This document shows positions 56,968 to 62,045 of a stretch of 62,045 bases of DNA, one piece after another. Position 1 is the first letter of the stretch, and every line of letters starts with the position of its first letter. The notes under the pieces were generated by a model that saw only the letters and a list, made by a program, of their open reading frames with translations, was not told the origin of the DNA and searched no databases. Source of the stretch: Candidatus Saccharimonadota bacterium (GTDB lineage Bacteria; Patescibacteriota; Saccharimonadia; Saccharimonadales; Saccharimonadaceae); the NCBI GenBank assembly GCA_014379635.1, contig JACMLL010000033.1:1-62045 (forward strand), written 5' to 3'. Both the position numbers and the translations under genes were made by a program.

Positions 56968-56997
56968 AAAAATGCGCCTCAGATGAAGCGCATTTTT
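56968..56997. terminator. Bidirectional intrinsic terminator between convergent genes
   Basis: aaaaatgcgc...gcgcattttt, a 10-bp stem with A/T runs on both sides. Confidence 0.7.
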
Positions 56998-57015
56998 AGT
57001 TGATTGCTCAAGCTA

Positions 57016-57222
57016 TTAGCTTTCGATTGCTACAGTAGTCTTCTTGCGACGACTAATGCGGCCACCTTTAGCACCAGCAATACGAGCTAGCTCTGGGTTA
57101 GCAGCAAAACCACCAGTTCGGCCGTTACGACCGCCCTTGGCACCAATCTTTGCATAAAAGTTTGGGTCTTTTGCTAAGTTCTTCGCTGCAGCCAATTGGC
57201 CGCCTGCTTTTGTTCCTGCCAT
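57016..57222 (-). CDS. KGG-repeat general stress protein (YciG/GsiB-like)
   Basis: Repeated KGG/AKGG motifs (AKIGAKGGRNG, IAGAKGGRIS). 68 aa, AAGAGGAGAAAAAA Shine-Dalgarno sequence. Confidence 0.8.
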   Translation of the reverse strand: MAGTKAGGQLAAAKNLAKDPNFYAKIGAKGGRNGRTGGFAANPELARIAGAKGGRISRRKKTTVAIES

Positions 57223-57290
57223 TTTTTTCTCCTCTTATCGCAAGGTCTCCACCCTGCGTATTAACTCACACCTGATATGTGTATGTTTTT

Positions 57291-57319
57291 ATATTAGCAT
57301 AGCATAGGCATTTTGTCAA
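57291..57319 (-). promoter_or_regulatory. Promoter for the KGG stress gene (TTGACA-17 nt-TAATAT)
   Basis: -35 at 57314-57319 and -10 at 57291-57296. AT-rich upstream region. About a 60-nt leader containing two small hairpins. Confidence 0.55.
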
Positions 57320-57423
57320 TATCGACATAAGCATTTTTTTATTGTACTTGTACAGTTGCAAATAACCGTTCTGTGCGATATTATTAATAAGCACCTGTTT
57401 GAATCCAAATTTAGATTCGAATT

Positions 57424-57457
57424 AAAAACGACCATATCTGCGAGATTGGTCGTTTTT
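57424..57457 (-). terminator. Intrinsic terminator after the wHTH-Nudix gene
   Basis: aaaaacgacca...tggtcgttttt, an 11-bp stem with a U-run. Confidence 0.7.
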
Positions 57458-57473
57458 TAATTATTTTAGCGCC

Positions 57474-58187
57474 CTAGAATAGATCTTTTGTATATTCTAC
57501 CCGATGTTCGATAAATGTTTCATCAGAGGTAACAATGTCAATTTCAATATTAAAACTTGTAAATATCTTGGGTTGAGCCGAGGCATCTTCGCGGGTCATC
57601 CAGCTATTTCGGCCTCCTTCGAACTCTTCGAGAAGCTTTCCTTTGGTGTTCGTGCAGTGGACAACAAAAAATATCTTATCTTCTAGCTGTTCGCCCGTTT
57701 CTTGCTGATATACCAATTCGTGGTAGACTCCTGCGACGCGGTGATCAGCGTATAGGCCTGTTTCTTCGAGCAATTCGCGCTCAGCAGTCTGCGTAATTGT
57801 TTCTCCCCAGCGTACTTTACCAGTAGCAAACCCCCAAAAGCCAAAATATGGCTGCTTGAGGCGCTCTTGGAATAAATACTCCTTTGTACCGTCCTTCTTT
57901 AATCGTTCGACGGCTAAAATAACTGCTGTTTTCGGTTGCCGTTCAACTGTATTGCTATCCGTGTCCAGTTTATTGGCGTACTCTTTACCTCTTGGACTTA
58001 ACGAATACGTGCCACGCGATACTTTTTCGACTAACTTCAACTCCACGAGCTTTTGCAGGTGAAAATTGAAGTGATCACTACTCATTCCGGTGATTTTTTG
58101 TAGTTTCGCAAAACTCACGCTGGGGTGAAATAGCAACTCTCGCAATATAACCATTTGCGCGTCATGTATGTTGATCTCTAAACTCAT
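57474..58187 (-). CDS. Winged-helix DNA-binding domain fused to a Nudix hydrolase domain
   Basis: N-terminal wHTH (FAKLQKITGMSSDHFNFHLQKLVELKLVEK). Nudix box GKVRWGETITQTAERELLEETGL. Confidence 0.8.
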   Translation of the reverse strand: MSLEINIHDAQMVILRELLFHPSVSFAKLQKITGMSSDHFNFHLQKLVELKLVEKVSRGTYSLSPRGKEYANKLDTDSNTVERQPKTAVILAVERLKKDGTKEYLFQERLKQPYFGFWGFATGKVRWGETITQTAERELLEETGLYADHRVAGVYHELVYQQETGEQLEDKIFFVVHCTNTKGKLLEEFEGGRNSWMTREDASAQPKIFTSFNIEIDIVTSDETFIEHRVEYTKDLF

Positions 58188-58323
58188 AATTACTCCTTGG
58201 ATTATATCCTATTACCTCTATGTTAACCTAAGAGTACAACACAAACGGACGGTAAAAAAGTAAAGTAGACTTTAGCTTTTTCGTACCATGCGTAAAATAA
58301 CGAACCTATCTGTTGGTCGGTCG

Positions 58324-59085
58324 TTAAAACGCAGCACTATATGCTTGGCTGAGTTTTTTATCGAGCAAGGACAGCTGTTTATCGTTTTCGGCAGTAATTG
58401 TCCCGAGCGTATTGTAGGCAGCCGCCAATCCTGCCTGCGCCGTCACAAAACGAGCCTTATTCTGGGCGCTATGAGCAGCCAGAAGTTCCTGCCAAGCAGT
58501 ATCGATTCCGGTGACCACCGTGACGGCGACCTTATTGGTAGATTTAAATGACACATCTGGCTTCATTGCGGTGATTTCAACACCAAACTTATGCCACACC
58601 GCCGCTACTTGAGCCCATGTTTTTTCATCTGGCTGAGTTGGCTGGCTGGTAAGAGTTGCGAGCGAGTTGGCGAGTATTCGCTCGTCGGTCAAATAGGCCG
58701 TCGTAACACCCAGCTCCGTTATAAACCCCTTAACCTTTGAAGTGACAGTGTTACACTGCTTTTGGACGGTCTCAATCCCGTTAAAATTCGCCTGCCAACC
58801 AGTTAGTGGGCTAATACGACACATGTTAGCCTGTTGAGTGTTCAAATCAACAGCAATCGCCTTGAGTTTGGCTAGTTTTTGCTCACGTTCTTTCGATGAA
58901 GTCATCGGCAAAGACAAAACAGTGCTCAAATCGTTTTTTGTCGTCGTTTGCCACACTTGATAGTCCTGTTCATAGTTCCGCCAGATTTGCAGACTGTAAA
59001 GCAAATACCCTAATGCTAAGACGAAAAGCACGGTCGCTGCACCAACAACCAGCCACGCCTTTTTTGTGCGTATAATGCTTTTCAT
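58324..59085 (-). CDS. Membrane-anchored extracytoplasmic protein, function unknown
   Basis: N-terminal TM segment WLVVGAATVLFVLALGYLLY followed by a helical region. 4-nt overlap with the upstream metalloprotease gene. Confidence 0.6.
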   Translation of the reverse strand: MKSIIRTKKAWLVVGAATVLFVLALGYLLYSLQIWRNYEQDYQVWQTTTKNDLSTVLSLPMTSSKEREQKLAKLKAIAVDLNTQQANMCRISPLTGWQANFNGIETVQKQCNTVTSKVKGFITELGVTTAYLTDERILANSLATLTSQPTQPDEKTWAQVAAVWHKFGVEITAMKPDVSFKSTNKVAVTVVTGIDTAWQELLAAHSAQNKARFVTAQAGLAAAYNTLGTITAENDKQLSLLDKKLSQAYSAAF

Positions 59086-59810
59086 CGCGTATCAATCCCT
59101 AGCTGGCTAGACCATAGCTCGCTGGCAAGCGGCCAGGCATTAAAGCTACACCCTTGTAAGTCAATTGACTGCTGTTGCATTACCGGCGCTGCTTGACCAG
59201 CTCCACCACACGTCTGATGATTATGGCCTAGCCAATGACCCGTTTCATGGTTCACTACCATATCACGATAGCCTCTAATAGACCCGCCAGCATTGTTCCA
59301 AGACGACGTTGCCCCCAGCCACCTATCTTGGTTAATAATGACGTATTGCCCCACTCGGCAGCTGTAATCGGCACTACAGCCAGACGAGAAGCTTGGCAAT
59401 TGACTGGCTTCGCTGAGCACGAGTATAAAATTACCGCCGCTCGCTACCTCTGTAAAAACCGCTCCGAAGCGCGCCCATCCCCTGCTGTCGTTAAGAGTCG
59501 CATTGGCTTGCGACCGAAATTCTGCCATATCTGCCGTAACCGTACCTCGTGTCGTGACGCTATACGTCACGGTCCTTTTCGCCGCCGCAGCTTGACTTGC
59601 CGCAGCGGTGGCCACGTCCTGCGCCTTTAGCCACGCTGGCGACTGAATATCTGGGGTCTTGATAGCCTCTAGGGCAGACGGAAGGGTTCGCATGCCATAA
59701 ACGCTCAACGAACCGACGGTCATTGATGACGTGCCGCTCAGAGGCAATGCGCCCATCATAAGCAAGCCTGGGGTTACGATTGCATATATCACCGAGCTCA
59801 TTACACGCAT
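59082..59810 (-). CDS. Secreted metzincin-type zinc metalloprotease-like protein
   Basis: Signal-like N-terminus. VVNHETGHWLGHNH matches HExxHxxGxxH. Confidence 0.7.
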   Translation of the reverse strand: MRVMSSVIYAIVTPGLLMMGALPLSGTSSMTVGSLSVYGMRTLPSALEAIKTPDIQSPAWLKAQDVATAAASQAAAAKRTVTYSVTTRGTVTADMAEFRSQANATLNDSRGWARFGAVFTEVASGGNFILVLSEASQLPSFSSGCSADYSCRVGQYVIINQDRWLGATSSWNNAGGSIRGYRDMVVNHETGHWLGHNHQTCGGAGQAAPVMQQQSIDLQGCSFNAWPLASELWSSQLGIDTR

Positions 59811-59858
59811 ATAGCTTTTAGTATAACCTACGCCGAACTTGTCGACCGCTCATTATGC

Positions 59859-61769
59859 TCACGAACGTGCCATAGTCCATAATGCCGCCTTGTTTCTTGA
59901 GAACTCGGCACTAGTGCTGCTCGCAAGCTCCACCAGTACGCTCGGCAGACCGAGTTTTTCGCGTATCCAATCGTCATAGGTACCACTAATCGAATAGTCA
60001 AAGGCGCCGACACTGCCAGTCATGTTCCGATAGCCAGTCATTTGAGCATAAGTGGCGGCGAGTGACAGCGAGTCACCTCCTTGATTAGCAATCGCATACC
60101 CGGCCACACTGTGAAATGACATTGTCAGGCGCGGTCGCAAACGAGTAGTAAATGTAGCAATTGCCTGCGTCTCTGTTTCTGACATTGGAACTGTGCCGCC
60201 GCCATTCTCAATTGGCCGGTTACTCGGCGATGTAATGTCTTTTTGCCAGTCGGCTGTATCGAAATTACGATTCAGATCGACATTATTTGCATTGTTACGA
60301 ATTCCTACGGCCACGCCGTCAGGGTTAAGAGCTGGAATAACGATAATTTGCTTGTCGGCTGGAATACTGTGGGCGTTAAGTTCGAGCTCGTCTACCCACG
60401 CTAACATCAGACGTTTCGCGCTCAGTTCATTTCCGTGAATTGAGCCTGTATACAGGACTGCTCGACCACCGCTGCCAAAGATATAGGCCGTAATAGGGCG
60501 GCCGTCTTTGGAATAGCCGATTGTTGAAATACTATGACAAATCGTACGAGATCCAAAACTCCAAGGCTCATTTTGAACAACTTCGTATCTGCTCTGCAGA
60601 CCACCGACGATACCAATAGTAAAATCAGTACATTTTGGTGCATTAACGTAGCTGATGAACGCTTGATTATCCTTTTTTGAGATGGTCGCCGCCACGCCCT
60701 TCAAGCTAATAAACTGCAATATATCTTGTGTATCGGACAGTGGTTGATCAAATGTCAGTACTACTGTTTGCGTCAGAGCCGCCCCTGTTTTTCCGACATT
60801 CACAGCCGTTACTTTTGGTCCGCCGGATACTGTAAAGTTCGTTTTATACAAATCGGCAAGCGTGCTGCCGTCTTTGGCTTCTAGTTTGTCGATCGAAAGC
60901 TCATAGGCCGCACCTCGAGCAAGATCGTCGGTAAAACTTAGGATTGCCTGCTTGTTGTCGAATATTGAGGTCGAGACTACCTCTGTTCGCTTGGCGCCCT
61001 CGACTTTATTAAGGGTAATATTAGCCTTGACGACATCCTTATCAAATTCAACCGAGAACGATTTTGGTTTTTCGTAAATTTTCAGACCTTCACTCACCGA
61101 CGACTTAATAACAGATGTCGCGGTTAGCATTGTCAGACTCTTTTTCGCGACCATACCTACCTTTTTATCATCGAACACGCGCACTAACTGGGCGCTATAG
61201 CTAGCTCCTTGCGTCAGCTCCAGTGAGGCAATATTACAATGGACCGTCGAATAGTTCACCGGACAAAGTGCAATTTTGTTGTTTATCTCTAATTGGTAGT
61301 CAAAAACCGTGTCGGCGCTGCTAAGATCAATAACTAGTGGCTTATTTGTCGGAATAGGTTTTATTAACGCGTCTGTATAGGCAATCGGTGGTTTTGGTAC
61401 ATTGAAGGCAAATGTCGTCTTGCCAAACCACCCACCAAACGGCGCAACGCTCACTTTTGAGACACCGGCTCGTGGTGCCGCCTTAGCAGTAAAGCAGGTC
61501 TTTAGCGAAACAAGCTCCACAGAACCCAGCTTGAGCGTATCGATGGTTTTAGCATTAAAATCCGAGTCACCACTTGACCGACTGAGGCTCGGTAGTAGCG
61601 TTACCTGCCGTATGCAGGTACTACCTGCATAGGAAAACTGCACCGGTTTATTAGCAAAAAAGGCTACAGTAAAGAGAATTACTATTACTGCACAGATTGG
61701 AATTGTTATCTTGAGAGGTAACCGTGTGAATATTTTTTTAATCTGGTTAATTTTTTGTTTAATAAACAT
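59859..61769 (-). CDS. Membrane-anchored protein with Ig-like beta-rich repeats and a C-terminal M14 zinc carboxypeptidase domain
   Basis: N-terminal TM, about 380 aa of beta-rich region, then GSIHGNELSA (HxxE zinc ligands), NPDG, and MSFHSVAGYA (third His). Confidence 0.8.
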   Translation of the reverse strand: MFIKQKINQIKKIFTRLPLKITIPICAVIVILFTVAFFANKPVQFSYAGSTCIRQVTLLPSLSRSSGDSDFNAKTIDTLKLGSVELVSLKTCFTAKAAPRAGVSKVSVAPFGGWFGKTTFAFNVPKPPIAYTDALIKPIPTNKPLVIDLSSADTVFDYQLEINNKIALCPVNYSTVHCNIASLELTQGASYSAQLVRVFDDKKVGMVAKKSLTMLTATSVIKSSVSEGLKIYEKPKSFSVEFDKDVVKANITLNKVEGAKRTEVVSTSIFDNKQAILSFTDDLARGAAYELSIDKLEAKDGSTLADLYKTNFTVSGGPKVTAVNVGKTGAALTQTVVLTFDQPLSDTQDILQFISLKGVAATISKKDNQAFISYVNAPKCTDFTIGIVGGLQSRYEVVQNEPWSFGSRTICHSISTIGYSKDGRPITAYIFGSGGRAVLYTGSIHGNELSAKRLMLAWVDELELNAHSIPADKQIIVIPALNPDGVAVGIRNNANNVDLNRNFDTADWQKDITSPSNRPIENGGGTVPMSETETQAIATFTTRLRPRLTMSFHSVAGYAIANQGGDSLSLAATYAQMTGYRNMTGSVGAFDYSISGTYDDWIREKLGLPSVLVELASSTSAEFSRNKAALWTMARS

Positions 61770-61909
61770 CTTTGTCTATTTTACCATAAGCATCGTACGC
61801 TCATCTGGCTTCGGATAACTCTACAACACCCAGCTCGCCGTTTTGTTATTCGGTACACCGTGCTAAATATTTAATTAGTGTTAGGCGGGAAGTAAAAAAG
61901 ACATCAAAG

Positions 61910-61940
61910 AAAAAGACCATCCTATTCGGATGGTCTTTTT
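61910..61940 (-). terminator. Intrinsic terminator of the rRNA operon (after 5S)
   Basis: aaaagaccatcc-tattc-ggatggtctttt, a 12-bp stem, followed by a U-run on the minus strand. Confidence 0.8.
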
Positions 61941-61946
61941 ATAATT

Positions 61947-62045
61947 CGGCACCGTGCTAGTTTCCCGCAATGCAGTATAATCGCCGCTGCTGAGCTTGAC
62001 TTCTGTGTTCGGAATGAGAACAGGTATTTCCCCAGCGCCATGGGC
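61947..62045 (-). rRNA. rrf: 5S ribosomal RNA, 5' end truncated by the window edge
   Basis: The reverse complement reads ...CCUGUUCUCAUUCCGAACACAGAAGUCAAGCUCAGCAGCGGCGAU...GCGGGAAACUAGCACGGUGCCGA, which matches the universal 5S loop B/C and helix IV pattern. Confidence 0.9.

Noticed and set aside
57268-57284. NrdR-box-like palindrome ACACCTGATATGTGT in the KGG-gene leader.
   Set aside because: It is 15 nt rather than 16, a single copy rather than tandem boxes, matches the acaCwAtATaTwGtgt consensus poorly in the centre, and is not upstream of an nrd gene. It is more simply a leader hairpin.
1-62045. Mobile elements, CRISPR arrays, tRNA genes and toxin-antitoxin or defence islands.
   Set aside because: I found no repeat-spacer periodicity, transposase, integrase or recombinase ORFs, or cloverleaf-like sequences in any intergenic spacer. 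All long ORFs are accounted for by housekeeping or envelope functions.

Overview
Gene-dense 62-kb segment of core chromosome with about 62 CDS, mostly on the minus strand. It is almost entirely housekeeping: ribosomal proteins L27, L21, L31, S2, S21 and S1; translation factors RF1, RF2, PrmC, EF-Ts, RRF, IF-2, Def and Fmt; four aminoacyl-tRNA synthetases (Ser, Lys, Pro, Ile); and secA, ftsEX, ftsAZ, parAB, murD, uppS, rseP, recJ and priA. The right edge cuts into a 5S rRNA gene (minus strand), which is followed by its terminator.

The organism looks like a small-genome, Gram-positive-type bacterium. Evidence: a ProRS without an editing domain, short EF-Ts, IF-2, S1 and Adk, a type IV prepilin, an LPXTG sortase substrate, an LCP protein, an FtsEX plus coiled-coil CHAP hydrolase, no biosynthetic operons, and UGA used as a stop codon. 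This fits a Patescibacteria/CPR lineage such as Saccharibacteria, but that is inference, not a database result.

I found no CRISPR array, transposase, integrase, prophage, tRNA gene or recognisable defence island, and I cannot point to a clear multi-gene novel system. The items most worth a second look are:
- a roughly 400-nt ORF-free, helix-rich region upstream of rpmA that I could not assign to any RNA class;
- a recurrent pattern of (extended) -10 boxes only 6-10 nt upstream of ATG codons that lack a Shine-Dalgarno sequence, which suggests widespread leaderless mRNAs, including a 29-nt divergent spacer;
- a T-box leader on ileS without an adjacent U-tract;
- an NrdR homolog that lacks all four zinc-ribbon cysteines, encoded just downstream of ftsZ;
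- a prepilin fused to an FGE-sulfatase (C-type-lectin-fold) domain;
- several lineage-specific orphan proteins.

The ORF track uses TTG/GTG extensions, so I trimmed several N-termini to the first well-supported ATG.
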